A DNA stretch of 64,000 bases from Nitrosopumilaceae archaeon (GCA_965214835.1 CBDCCK010000002.1:1728001-1792000); one strand, 5' to 3'. Positions 50,886 to 61,361 are shown, counted from the first letter of the stretch. Numbers and translations are program-made. Notes: generated by a model from the letters alone, not told the origin.

Positions 50886-52995
50886 GTACAACATCAGGTC
50901 CTTTTTATACTGACAAGCCAACTTTTTTCCAAGAACTTTTTGATCATTTCGCATCATCTGTTGTGACAGACTAGATACACTGTTACTGACACATCCTTTG
51001 TACATGCAAGACTGACTGACGCCGTGCATACAACAGATTGGCATACGGCACTTGCCATGCAGTCAGAAATCATTACACCTGCAAGGCGTTGTCAATTGGC
51101 AGACTTGCCTACACAGCCGGATCTTCGGATATGAAGCTACGGGTTACGCCGTCCCGTAGGCGCCAGACGGATCATGTTGTTGTAGGAGCTGCTACTGCTG
51201 GTACGACGGCCGTCCGGTCCCGGCGTACCGCTCCTCTGCTACTGCCTGCGTCATCATCTGCGACAGGCCGCCACACCGGCGGCGGCCCGGGACACTCAAA
51301 GACGCTGTATCTCGTACCGTCCGTATTGACAAGCGAGGACAGGCGCATATCATCATCATCGCCTGCTTCTGCAAAGACATTCCAGTCAGGATTCCGCAGG
51401 TATTCCAAGAGCCCACCTGCAGGATGTATGTTCTGCTTGCGGCATGTCATCGAGAACGTCAGCAGCGCAGAAGCCGTCTTTCTTCCGCCGTCAGTTACGA
51501 TCTTGTGGCGCGCATTGCGCTGCGGTATGATCCCGTCGCGTATGCACCGCTCCGTATCGTTGTTGTGCAGTGGCATTCCCCGATGCGCCAGACACGTAAA
51601 CATGTTGGGCATGGCGTTTTGCATGTGTGCGCACACGTGATCGTCCTCATACGGGCTGATTATTTTGTATGCCTCCCTGGAAAGCTCCATGTATGTAAGC
51701 GGCGCAAGCGTCTTGATTTTATCTATCTTCCTGTAAAATTCAAGCAGCAAGTCGTACCTTTTCTCGTTATCGCCTTCGGGCATCCTTACTGCAAGCTTTT
51801 CTGCATATGCCAGAAGGTGCCTCCAGCACCTCTGGATTATCTCAAAGAACATCTTGTACTGGGCCAGCCCGTCTACGACTATGGGAGTCTTGGGATCCAG
51901 CCATCCAAAGTGCGTGTGCAGTACCTCAGAGGACCGGGAATCTGCAAATACCACAAAGCACGCCCCCTCACAGTTGAGCACCCAGACGTATCCCATGTGT
52001 CCGTCGCCGCGCTTAAAGCCGGTCTCGTCCATCTGTATCCACGGCCTGCCCGCAATGAATGACTGTATGCGTTGTATCATGTCTTGTTGAATCGCCTCTG
52101 CCACTGCGTGCCGGGCGGCAGTCACGGTATTTGGGGCCATCTTGAATCCAAACATATACTGAAAGTACTCTGCAATGTCCTCGTCTATGTTTCCCTTCTC
52201 AAAGAACATCATGATTAGAGAGAGTGAGACGGGCCCAAGTGACGTGCCGCTTAGAAACGGGGTAGCTGCGACATGCACGGTATTGCACTGTGGACACACC
52301 GCGTTTTGGATGATGGCATTGGCAGTGAGCATGCGCATAAAACCGTCCAGGTCGTTGACAAGCTTGTGGATCGGCTTGAGCATCCGTAACTGGATGTTGC
52401 ACTTTGGGCATATTTTGAAATCAAGATCGTACCTTAATGTCATGGATGGCCGGTTGCCGTGCGATGTACCATGGTGTCCGCACGGAGGGCCGCGTTTCTT
52501 GCCCCGAGCCGCATCGCCGGGACTGCCGCCGGGATCCTCGCCCCTTTTCTCCCTGAACTTTTTTCTGGCATCATTGTATAATGACGGCGTGGACGTGGGC
52601 ATGTTGGGACTCTCGTACAGGGCAAGCCTTGCCTGAAGCTCAGCATTCTCCTTCTTGACATCAGCATTCTCCTTCTTGACAATAGAGAGTTCTTTTTCCA
52701 GCCCGGAGATCTTCTCATCTTGCTCCATGATCATGACAAGTGCCTTTCCAGGATCCGTACAGCGTGCAAGCACGGCTTTGGAGTCCATATGTTACATCAG
52801 ACAGGCAAGATCAAAAAAGATTTCCATCGAAATTCTTTGACCAAGATGCCGATATTATGTCACTCCCGTAAATTCCAAACCTGCAATGTCTGATCACAAA
52901 TGTCTGATGTTCAGCCATGTTCGCAGGGGCATCTGATCATAAGATGCTGCCCAAAAATGTTTGACTGTCAGTATAAAAAGGACCTGAAGTTGTAC
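50886..52995 (-). mobile_element. IS66-family element
   Basis: 30-bp TIR GTACAAC(A/T)TCAGGTCCTTTTTATACTGACA; GATTC repeated on both flanks. Confidence 0.88.
51172..52788 (-). CDS. IS66-family transposase
   Basis: Coiled coil, CPKC/CPQC, MDETG, VVDG, QRCWRH and LHNNDTERCIR motifs. Confidence 0.9.
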   Translation of the reverse strand: MDSKAVLARCTDPGKALVMIMEQDEKISGLEKELSIVKKENADVKKENAELQARLALYESPNMPTSTPSLYNDARKKFREKRGEDPGGSPGDAARGKKRGPPCGHHGTSHGNRPSMTLRYDLDFKICPKCNIQLRMLKPIHKLVNDLDGFMRMLTANAIIQNAVCPQCNTVHVAATPFLSGTSLGPVSLSLIMMFFEKGNIDEDIAEYFQYMFGFKMAPNTVTAARHAVAEAIQQDMIQRIQSFIAGRPWIQMDETGFKRGDGHMGYVWVLNCEGACFVVFADSRSSEVLHTHFGWLDPKTPIVVDGLAQYKMFFEIIQRCWRHLLAYAEKLAVRMPEGDNEKRYDLLLEFYRKIDKIKTLAPLTYMELSREAYKIISPYEDDHVCAHMQNAMPNMFTCLAHRGMPLHNNDTERCIRDGIIPQRNARHKIVTDGGRKTASALLTFSMTCRKQNIHPAGGLLEYLRNPDWNVFAEAGDDDDMRLSSLVNTDGTRYSVFECPGPPPVWRPVADDDAGSSRGAVRRDRTAVVPAVAAPTTT

Positions 52996-53009
52996 GATTC
53001 GCCGATGAC

Positions 53010-53627
53010 GTGACTGCCAACTTCAACATTTTGGCAGAGCATGGAAACATTCCTGAGGAGCTGTTTGATCAGGATCCCAAATACTGGAACGTCGTGATCA
53101 ATATCTCTGCGTGCCAGTATGCCAAGAACTGCGACTCCAACCCGCTGAAGGAGGTATTGGAGAGCAGGGCGTACGAGCAAGATGCCGGCAGCATGCCAGA
53201 TGTAGTATCAGACTGGCTGAGCCTGCTTCTGCCAGACGCCCATGCTTTGGATATGGCGGAGCATTCTTCCACAATTTACGGCGAGCCTTGGATCTGCACG
53301 TATGGCAACTGCAGGGTGACTGTAAACGTACTCGAAAGCATTGGAGAGCATAATGCTACTGCCCGACCTCCGTATGTGGAAGGACATGAAGGAATAGGCC
53401 ATGGAACAAGCAATAACATGGACTTTAATGTATCTACATGCTCCAATCCGGACGGGTACAACGTAGTCCATGCAGTGGTCACAGTCGGCCCGTCTGAGGT
53501 ATACAATTCATATAATGTGGGTTTGGGATGTACATACATACTAACTACGATAGAGGCCAGCGACAGAACGAGTCCTTGGTATGTGTGGCGCGTAGACGGA
53601 ACTACAAATTCGTGGCAGCTCCCATGA
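53010..53627 (+). pseudogene. 5'-truncated exported protein (Cys-containing, beta-rich C-terminus)
   Basis: The frame is open back to the IS66 TIR; LLLPDAHA segment and GNIP...DPKYW motif. Confidence 0.5.
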
Positions 53628-53658
53628 CCACGTCTTTTTTTACCATGAAAAAATCCAC

Positions 53659-54805
53659 TCTATAATCCAAAAAGTAGTTCACCCCTTCTCCGAGGGTCAA
53701 GTAGGTCAGGATCAGATGCACGGGCCTCATGCATGCCATTGGAAACAGGGGTGTGTGGGTCGCGCAAAAGGGCTGGTAAATACGTCAGTCTTGCACGCCC
53801 CAACAACATGAAGCTAAGAAGTCAGGCGTACGGTGGATAGTACGCCAAAAGCAAAAGGGGGACATGACAAACGCCCAGATAGCCCAGTCCATGAACGTCT
53901 CGGTCCGCTGGGTACAGAAACTGTGGGCCCGGCACAGGTCAGGCACCGTACAGGACATATCGCACCCCGCACGGATGGGAAGGCCCCAGAACGGCATGCC
54001 CGGGCGCAGGGAGCACTCGGCGGTCCTCTCGGTGCGGCCCTCCGAGCACCTGGGTGCGGCATCACTGCAGGGGCGTATAAGGGAAAAGACCGGGATTAAT
54101 ATCCCGCGTCATACACTGCACGGCATGCTAAAGGACGAGGGGATGGCCAGAGACGAGCCCAACGGGCGCAGAAAACGCAGGTGGCTGCGCTGGGAGATGG
54201 AGTATTCCAACTCCATGTGGCACACCGACTGGAAGCAGATACACGGCGGAATGCACGACGGCAGGTGGTTTTTGTGCTACGAGGACGACGCATCCCGGTT
54301 CGTGACCGGATACGGCATATTTGACAACGCGACTACAGAAAACGCCCTCAAGGTGCTTGACGGGGCCATGCAGAAGCACGGCAGGCCCGCCTCCATAATG
54401 ACGGATCACGGAAGCCAGTTCTATGCAAACGAAAAACAGGGCGCAAAGAGGGGGCACAGCGAGTTCGAGGAGAGCCTGGAGGCCCTAGGCATACGGCAGG
54501 TCCTTGCCGGGGTGCGCCACCCGCAGACAAACGGCAAGGTCGAGAGGCTGCACGGCGAGATACAGCGCAAGCTGCACGAGTTTGAGGATATCATGATGAG
54601 GACAAGCGATCCCATGGATCTATTCATGAAATGGTACAACTACGACAGGCCCCACATGTCCCTTGACCGGGAGAACCGGGAGACGCCGGCGCAGGCATAT
54701 GAGCGCAAGATGCCTCCTGCGGGCGAAACGGTCATAGATGGGCAGACTGGGGAGGAATATCATGTCAGATAGGGGGGGGGGGTGAACTACTTTTCGGATC
54801 CCACA
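53659..54805 (+). mobile_element. IS481-family element; transposase 53864-54772 with a 5' frameshift
   Basis: Inverted ends ATCC(A/G)AAAAGTAGTTCACCCC, right end ...CCCACA; WHTDWK, DDASRF, TDHGSQF, PQTNGKVERLH and YNYDRPHMSL motifs. Confidence 0.88.
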
Positions 54806-54873
54806 TCTTTTGTATCCTTAAACAAAATTATTATCTAGGTTATGTTACTGCCATTATAAATCATTTATATTTT

Positions 54874-55067
54874 GTATGTGGTCACGTCCCCCTGTTGCCT
54901 AGGCGTGAAAATCACAGTCATAGATGTCAATTCGTGCCTGATTGACAGGGGTAGGTGACCTCGTACGATTTTTTGTATGTGGTCACATCCCCTTGCTAGC
55001 TAGGCACGAGGATCACAATCATTCATGCTAATTCATGCCTAACTGATGATGGTAGGTGACCTCGTAC
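54874..55067. mobile_element. Two tandem 93-bp IS66-derived MITEs (family F)
   Basis: GTATGTGGTCAC...GGTAGGTGACCTCGTAC at 54874-54966 and 54975-55067; the second is flanked by the 8-bp TSD GATTTTTT; ends match the IS66 at 1333. Confidence 0.9.
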
Positions 55068-55119
55068 GATTTTTTTACTTTCGTATAGGATATGTGGTAA
55101 CAGGATAGTCCCCAGCCAG

Positions 55120-55310
55120 AGTTGAAGTCACGTCCCCCCTTGCCGAACATCTTCTGCCCGCCGGAAGTCCGCAGTCCGAACCGTATCTTGCGAGCGATCA
55201 CGCCGGGCCTCAGCGTGCGCTCGGCCAGGTTGTTGGTGGGATCCATCCCAGGATGCATCAGGAACGTGTAGAGAAACTCCGAGGCGTTCTCAAGCTTTGT
55301 GGCATAGCTG
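55120..55310 (-). pseudogene. IS66 transposase C-terminal fragment
   Basis: DPTNNLAERTLRPGVIARKI. Confidence 0.8.
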
Positions 55311-55423
55311 TTGGTGAGGACCCTGGGAAATGCCTGACTGCCAGTATAAATAGGATCTTATGATGTACTGGGGAGTCAGGAATACATGATATCTCGGTTG
55401 TGACGGATGCCGTAGGATCCTTT

Positions 55424-56324
55424 ATGTTTCTAGGCCGACGCATCAAGCGTATGGTGGTGGATGGGACGACACTGCGCACGTGGTACTGGAACATCCGGCC
55501 GCACGACTATCGTGTGAAATGTCCCATATGCGGCCGTTCAAGACACGTCCAGAGTGTTTCATACGAAAATTAGTTCCGCCTAAGATCAGGCGTACTTTGA
55601 AGGATTATTTTAGGCTGTACCGATCAAAAAATGCGAGGAAAAGACTGGGGAAAAAGTCGCTCCGGTACATAGAAAGGCAGAGAAAAAAGGGCGTGCCTGC
55701 AACATCGTTGGTGACAGATACGACAAGAAGAAGAGAAAGGATCTCCAGCCAAAGAAGGAGGACAAAAAAGCCGATCCCAGGCACGAATCTGGCGCAAAAA
55801 AGGCCGAAAGAAAGAGAAAGGCCAAACCCTACAAGGAGTATCCAAAGTGGCACGTGTCATCCATGCCGGGCCTGCAGGTAATCCTGGCATGCCGGATTAC
55901 TTTGGACAAGATGGCAGACACTGCCGTCCTAAGATCGCTCTTGCAGAAGATTGGCAAGATCGGACTCGGGTTCTCCTACTACATCTTCAATGCAGCCAGG
56001 GGATACGATTCAGACGAGAACGCAAGGCTCGTCAAGGAATACGGAATGAAGCCAAGCATTAAGCTGAGAGGCAGTGCCGTCTGTACCAAAATGAAGCACA
56101 GCAAGGAATCTGTCAAGGCGGATCCTAAATCATACAAGACGCGCGGGATGATAGAGGGAATCTTTGGCGCAGAGGAGACGGAGAACCGCAGGCTGATGTG
56201 CCGGTTCAGAAAGGCATCAACCCGCAGAAGGTTCAGCCTGTGCAAGGCCGTGGGATGGAACCTAGAGGCGCTAAACAGGTTCGAATGCGCCGCAAGTTTC
56301 GGGATGCCTGTGGAGGCAGCATGA
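55424..56324 (+). pseudogene. IS5/IS4-superfamily DDE transposase relic
   Basis: VVDGT..., FNAARGYDS (the catalytic Asp apparently changed to Ala) and Y-TRGMIEGIFG; several frameshifts. Confidence 0.65.
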
Positions 56325-56416
56325 GTGGATTAGGAAACAACCCCCCGGATACGCCCTCGTGCCGATCCCTGGAGTCCCAGTACACGCGCCCAGTGAGGCC
56401 TGCTGCCTCCGATCCA

Positions 56417-57322
56417 TCATTGACCGTCATCGGTATCTGCCAGGAACGCCCTCATGCCTGTCCTGGAGGCGTCCCGGTACACGTTGATCATGGTGCTGAT
56501 AAAGTCCTCCCCACCCCTCCAGAGGGGAAACCTTCCCAACTGCTTGGGAAGAACCGCGTGCACCTTTGGCACGAACGCATCACCCGGGTCGCACGCCTCA
56601 AGACTCCTGCCCCAAAAGACGTCGGGGTTTGTAGGCAGGGGCTCGGCAGCCAGCCTGCCATGTGCATCACTTTTCTGCCTTTCCTTGCGTCCTGTCTTGG
56701 GCCTTGCCTCGGTCTCTGCACCTGCCTTGGCCCCTGCCCGCTGTCTGATGCCTGCCATTTTGAGCATCTCCTCCCTTCCTGATCCGCGCAGCCTGAATAT
56801 CAGGAACGGGTCGCGCTCGAACTCCTCGGCAAGCAGGAAGAATACGGCCATCGTGTGCTTGCAGGGGTTGGACCAGTCCGGACACGTACATTCTGTGTCA
56901 ATCTCGGATTCTTTAGGAAAGAGACTCAGGTCGGCCTTCGTGAACGCCTTCTCGATGTCCTCCGGCATCTTGCCTGCAAGGAGCCCCGCCGTGATGTCCG
57001 GCCTCTCGCGTATGACCCTTGCAAGCCTGTTCCACCCCGGCCCGTCTATCGCGCCGACCCGTATCTCTACATCGTAGGGCCTACGCCTTGACCCCTGCAC
57101 GGACGCGCTTGCAGCGCCACCGCGTATGTCAAGGGATCTTACCTGGCCGTTGCGTGCGTACGATCTGGCGCGGGATACCCTGCCTTCGCCGGCCTCCGAG
57201 GTGTCCAGCGTCTCCATCCAGCGCTCCGTCCACCAACTCTGCTGCGACTTGCGCCTGCCCGACTGTGATTTTATGCCGCCCTTGACCCTGATGGGCGGCG
57301 TATAGTCGTAAAAGTATGTCAT
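56417..57322 (-). CDS. SWIM zinc-finger protein
   Basis: R-SRARSYARNGQV, VQGS----Y, CTCPDWSNPCKH and DPFLIFRLRG motifs; ATGA overlap with the SNF2 stop. Confidence 0.92.
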   Translation of the reverse strand: MTYFYDYTPPIRVKGGIKSQSGRRKSQQSWWTERWMETLDTSEAGEGRVSRARSYARNGQVRSLDIRGGAASASVQGSRRRPYDVEIRVGAIDGPGWNRLARVIRERPDITAGLLAGKMPEDIEKAFTKADLSLFPKESEIDTECTCPDWSNPCKHTMAVFFLLAEEFERDPFLIFRLRGSGREEMLKMAGIRQRAGAKAGAETEARPKTGRKERQKSDAHGRLAAEPLPTNPDVFWGRSLEACDPGDAFVPKVHAVLPKQLGRFPLWRGGEDFISTMINVYRDASRTGMRAFLADTDDGQ

Positions 57323-60300
57323 ATGCGCACTGCCTCCTTGCTCAGTGACAGCACCTTGCGGATGTCCGTATCGGACAGCTTTGTCAGCCAGCCCTCGCCA
57401 CTGCCGACTACCTCCTCGGATATCTCCTGCTTGCGGCGTATTATCTCGTCTATTTTCTCCTCCATGGTGCCCGAGCATATCATCTTGTACACCTGTACGT
57501 TGCGCTTTTGTCCTATGCGGAAGGCCCTGTCAGTTGCCTGGTTCTCGACGGCGGGGTTCCACCACCTGTCAAAGTGGAATACATGGCTTGCCGCCGTCAG
57601 GTTGAGGCCGGTTCCCCCTGCCTTGAGCGATACTATGAACACGGGTGTTCCTCCCTTCTGGAACCGCTCCACCATGGCACTCCTCTGCCTTCTGGGAACG
57701 CTGCCGTGCAAGAACAGTGCCTCTCGGCCCGACGTCTCGCGTATGTGCCGCTGCAGGATCTCGCCCATCTCGACGAACTGGGTGAACACGAGTGCCTGCT
57801 CGCCGGACTCTGCGACCTCCTCGAGCATCTCCGTCAGCCTTGCAAGCTTGCCGGATCTGTCAGGTATGGCCGAGCCGTCCTTGAGCAGGTGCGCCGGATG
57901 GTTGCAGACCTGCTTTAACTTTGCCAGCGTGGCCAGTATCAGGCCCTTGCGCTCTATGCCCCCGACCTGCCTCATCTTGTCGTCCAGATCCGTCAGCACT
58001 GCTGCATACAGGGAGGCCTGCTCGCGCGTCAGCGAGCAGTACACGTTGGACTCCATCTTTTCTGGCAGATCCGAGATCACCGACCTGTCGGTCTTGAGCC
58101 TGCGCAGCATGAAGGGTGTAACCATCCTCTTGAGGGCATTTGCTGCCTCCTCGTCCCTCCTGACCTGTATGGGTATGAAAAAGCCGCGCTTGAACTCGGC
58201 CTGGGTGCCCAGCAGGCCCGGATTGAGGAACTCCATTATGGACCAGATGTCGCCGACGCTGTTCTCAACGGGGGTGCCCGTCAGTGCAAAGCGAAACCCC
58301 GCATTTAGCGTCTTGACGGCGCGCGCCTGCTTGGTATCGGAGTTCTTTATGTTCTGTGCCTCGTCTAGCACGACACCCCCCCACCTGACCTTCCTGACCG
58401 ACTCGATGTCGCGCTGTACCAGCCCGTAGCTGGAGACTATCATGTCGTGTTTTTTGACCTCCCTTGCAAACGCGTCACCCTTCCTGCGGCGCGTACCGTG
58501 GTGGATCATGACTGACAGCCCCGGGGTGAACCGGGCCGCCTCCTTGTTCCAGTTGTCCATGACCGACGTCGGGCATACTAGGAGGACCGGCGCCCTCCCG
58601 CCGTCGGATCTGTACTGCTGGATCAGCGCCAGCACCTGGATCGTCTTTCCGAGGCCCATGTCGTCGGCCAGGCACCCCCCCATTCCGATCCCGTGCAGAA
58701 ACGACAGCCACGAATAGCCGCGGATCTGGTACGGGCGTAGCGCGCCCTCGAACCCTGAAGGCTGCGGCAGCTCCTCCATCGACATGTTCCCCCTGAGCCT
58801 GTCAAGTATGCCGGAGATCCGGCCGTCCTCGCTGTCCACCTCGAGATCCATGCCTTCTGGCGCCGGACCCGCACCGATCCCCATCATGACTGCGTCGCGT
58901 ACCGTTGCCGTCTTGTTACCTGCAATGAACTCTATGGCCCGCCGGATCTCGCCGGATCCCGTGTCTATCCACTGACCGCGGACGTTGACCAGGGGGGCCT
59001 TGGTCCTGGCAAGGCTGCGCAACTCCCTCAGCGTGATCCCTTGGTCTCCGACGGCCAGTTCCCAGTCGAACCTGACGATGGATTTCATGTTCAGCATTCC
59101 TTTTGCCTGCATCTTCGGCTTGGTGCCTGCGCGCGCCGAGATTCTTGCCTTGGGACGGCCGCCGACCCACCACGAGGGCAGCATGACGCCGTATCCAAGC
59201 TGTTCCAGAATTGGGGCCTCCTCGCGCAGGAACCTGTATGCACCGGCGGTATCTGTCCAGTATCCACCTGCCACCCCCTTCTGCCCACCTGATGCCCCGG
59301 TGACGATCTCGGCGAGCTGGCCCATGGATTTGAGCAGGAACTCCCTTGCCACGTCGACGTCCTTGTACAGCCCGGTGATGCCGGTCTTTTTCTTCCATAT
59401 CTTGTCGGCCGGGACGATGAGGCTCGGATCGGTGCGTGACTGCACCATGTATCTGACGAACCACGGCCTGGATCCCCTTGCGCCATCCTCCGGCTCCTCA
59501 AGCCGGAGGCAGAACTTTAGCAGTGGATCTGCCAGCGTCGTCATCGCTTGACGCCATTCTATAATGCTCGTGATCAGGGCATCTGCCTCCTCGGATGCCC
59601 ATATTGCGCCGTCTTGGGTTCTCAGGCCGTGGAGCCATTCGTCATGTATGCTGTCAAAACCCCTTTTCCCTTTGGGTTCGGCCGGCGTGGCAGCCGACGC
59701 AGATACCATGCCGTCTACCATGGTTCCGACTACCCTGCCTAGCACCTCCACCGGTGCGTCCATGGGCCGGGCCCCCGACTCGCGGCCAAGCGCGCGGGCG
59801 GCACCAGGCATGAGTCCTGCCAGGGCGGTGAGCCGCTCATAGTCCCTGCCTGTGAACACCGGCCTCCATACGGCCTTGTGGTGATCGTGGTGCGGTGCAA
59901 GATCCGGCAGGAATCGCTGGCGTGCCACCAGCGAGCCCGCAAAGCGCAGGATGTCTGCCCAGTATGCCAGATCCGCGCCGACGGTCATGCCGGTCACGGT
60001 GCTCCTGTTGTGCGCCACCTTGGAGAGTAGCCGCATGATGTCACTCCAGGGGATCTGGACTGTCTCGACTGCCCATCGTGCAAGACTGATCCTTCCCGTC
60101 CCGGGCTGTACTGCGGCGCCGTCGGAGGGAACCGGTATGCCGCCCCTGCTCGGAAGCCATGCGCCGGCATAGGAGGGATGCGGCCTGCCCTTCTTTGTAC
60201 CGTGCAGGCCGAGAGCGTCCATGATCTCTTGCGCCGTTGCCGCGCCGGGGTGCCTGCCATTGTCTGTCTTCCTCGGCTTGCGCATCGTGCCGTCGATGGA

Positions 60301-60474
60301 GGCTTCGGCCCATAGCTCCAGCGAGCCGCCGACTGCGGCCGCATGCAGAACCATCATGCCGTATCGTGTCGAGACGGGACTCATAAGTATAATGCTGATC
60401 GCCTGGCAGTCGCAGGATGCGGAAAAAGTAGCATGTCCCCTTTCGGATGCCGCACTCCCGCGCCCATCACTCAC
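57319..60474 (-). CDS. SNF2/SWI2-family helicase with N-terminal DUF3670-like region (alternative start 60357)
   Basis: LRPYQ, LADDMGLGKT, LDEAQ, LTGTPVEN, SGKL, GGTGLNLT and WWNPAVENQATDRAFRIGQ motifs. Confidence 0.95.
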   Translation of the reverse strand: MSDGRGSAASERGHATFSASCDCQAISIILMSPVSTRYGMMVLHAAAVGGSLELWAEASIDGTMRKPRKTDNGRHPGAATAQEIMDALGLHGTKKGRPHPSYAGAWLPSRGGIPVPSDGAAVQPGTGRISLARWAVETVQIPWSDIMRLLSKVAHNRSTVTGMTVGADLAYWADILRFAGSLVARQRFLPDLAPHHDHHKAVWRPVFTGRDYERLTALAGLMPGAARALGRESGARPMDAPVEVLGRVVGTMVDGMVSASAATPAEPKGKRGFDSIHDEWLHGLRTQDGAIWASEEADALITSIIEWRQAMTTLADPLLKFCLRLEEPEDGARGSRPWFVRYMVQSRTDPSLIVPADKIWKKKTGITGLYKDVDVAREFLLKSMGQLAEIVTGASGGQKGVAGGYWTDTAGAYRFLREEAPILEQLGYGVMLPSWWVGGRPKARISARAGTKPKMQAKGMLNMKSIVRFDWELAVGDQGITLRELRSLARTKAPLVNVRGQWIDTGSGEIRRAIEFIAGNKTATVRDAVMMGIGAGPAPEGMDLEVDSEDGRISGILDRLRGNMSMEELPQPSGFEGALRPYQIRGYSWLSFLHGIGMGGCLADDMGLGKTIQVLALIQQYRSDGGRAPVLLVCPTSVMDNWNKEAARFTPGLSVMIHHGTRRRKGDAFAREVKKHDMIVSSYGLVQRDIESVRKVRWGGVVLDEAQNIKNSDTKQARAVKTLNAGFRFALTGTPVENSVGDIWSIMEFLNPGLLGTQAEFKRGFFIPIQVRRDEEAANALKRMVTPFMLRRLKTDRSVISDLPEKMESNVYCSLTREQASLYAAVLTDLDDKMRQVGGIERKGLILATLAKLKQVCNHPAHLLKDGSAIPDRSGKLARLTEMLEEVAESGEQALVFTQFVEMGEILQRHIRETSGREALFLHGSVPRRQRSAMVERFQKGGTPVFIVSLKAGGTGLNLTAASHVFHFDRWWNPAVENQATDRAFRIGQKRNVQVYKMICSGTMEEKIDEIIRRKQEISEEVVGSGEGWLTKLSDTDIRKVLSLSKEAVRI

Positions 60475-61361
60475 TTTTGTACGATTGATATGCGGCAGTG
60501 CTCCGTCTCAGAGCCATACATGCCGCCGACGTCAAACTTTGCATCAGGCGACTTGATCCTGAGATCCTCGACTACGCTGTGTACCAGGGTCATGCAGAGC
60601 TGCCTTTCGGCGAGAATCATCTCCGAGAAGGAGCGCACATGCCGTATCGGTGCCACAAAGCAGTCCTCATCCGTTACGGCAAACGCCATGTGGTTCTGCG
60701 GCCCCGTGCTGTGGCGTCCGTCACAAGTCCTGCATTTCGGGCTTTTTGTAAACTGGATCTGCTTGTGCCACAGCAGAAAGTCCGTCGTGTCGCGATCCCT
60801 CTTCTGGCGGTTGCACCTAAAGCAGAGCGCCTGCATGTTGTCGGGGGCATCGGATCCACCCTGCGCTATGGGGACGATGTGATCAACGTCAAGCGGGGTC
60901 TTGGTTGCCGGGGTGCCGCATGCAACGCATACACCTTTTGATTTTGCCAAAATGTCGTACCTGAGGTTCGAAAGGGCCATGCGCTCGGGGGTGACCCTCC
61001 TACCAAGTATCCAATAATCCCTGTCGAGGAACTCCTCTAACCTGTGGTCGCACAGGGCTATCAGCTCGGCCCTCTGTTCGTCGGACAGCTCCCCGTCAAG
61101 CCGTAGCCTGTACGACTGGCTTCCCCTGTCGTACTCTGCTACCTTACGCTTCCTGACAAGGGTGTCATGCGGCCATCGCTTTACTATCTTCTTATAGTAC
61201 TCCAGGTATGCCCTGTCCTGACCCACAAAGCTGCTTGCAATGTCGCCTACCGTAGCTGCCCCGCCTTTTGACTCTAGGATAGTCTTGATCATGAGTGGCT
61301 GATAAATGTGCGTCATGCGCATGCGCCTGCGTATGAAATGCCTCATCTCCTCATAGTCCAA
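60471..61361 (-). CDS. HNH endonuclease fused to a degenerate HIT-like domain
   Basis: N-terminal MRMTHIYQP domain, CVACG...DVDHIVP--QGGSD---NMQALCFRCNRQK, then C--C...AFAV-D...AP-RHV; ends EHCRISI in place of HxHxH. Confidence 0.8.
   Translation of the reverse strand: MDYEEMRHFIRRRMRMTHIYQPLMIKTILESKGGAATVGDIASSFVGQDRAYLEYYKKIVKRWPHDTLVRKRKVAEYDRGSQSYRLRLDGELSDEQRAELIALCDHRLEEFLDRDYWILGRRVTPERMALSNLRYDILAKSKGVCVACGTPATKTPLDVDHIVPIAQGGSDAPDNMQALCFRCNRQKRDRDTTDFLLWHKQIQFTKSPKCRTCDGRHSTGPQNHMAFAVTDEDCFVAPIRHVRSFSEMILAERQLCMTLVHSVVEDLRIKSPDAKFDVGGMYGSETEHCRISIVQK

Noticed and set aside
54874-55067. Tandem 93-bp units as a CRISPR or integron-like cassette array
   Set aside because: Each unit has IS66-type inverted ends and the second has an 8-bp TSD; they are MITEs.
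57323-59551. Long plus-strand ORFs opposite SNF2 (and similar antisense ORFs opposite the transposases, hemA, srp54 and rps24e)
   Set aside because: Shadow frames of GC-rich coding sequence with no recognisable motifs.
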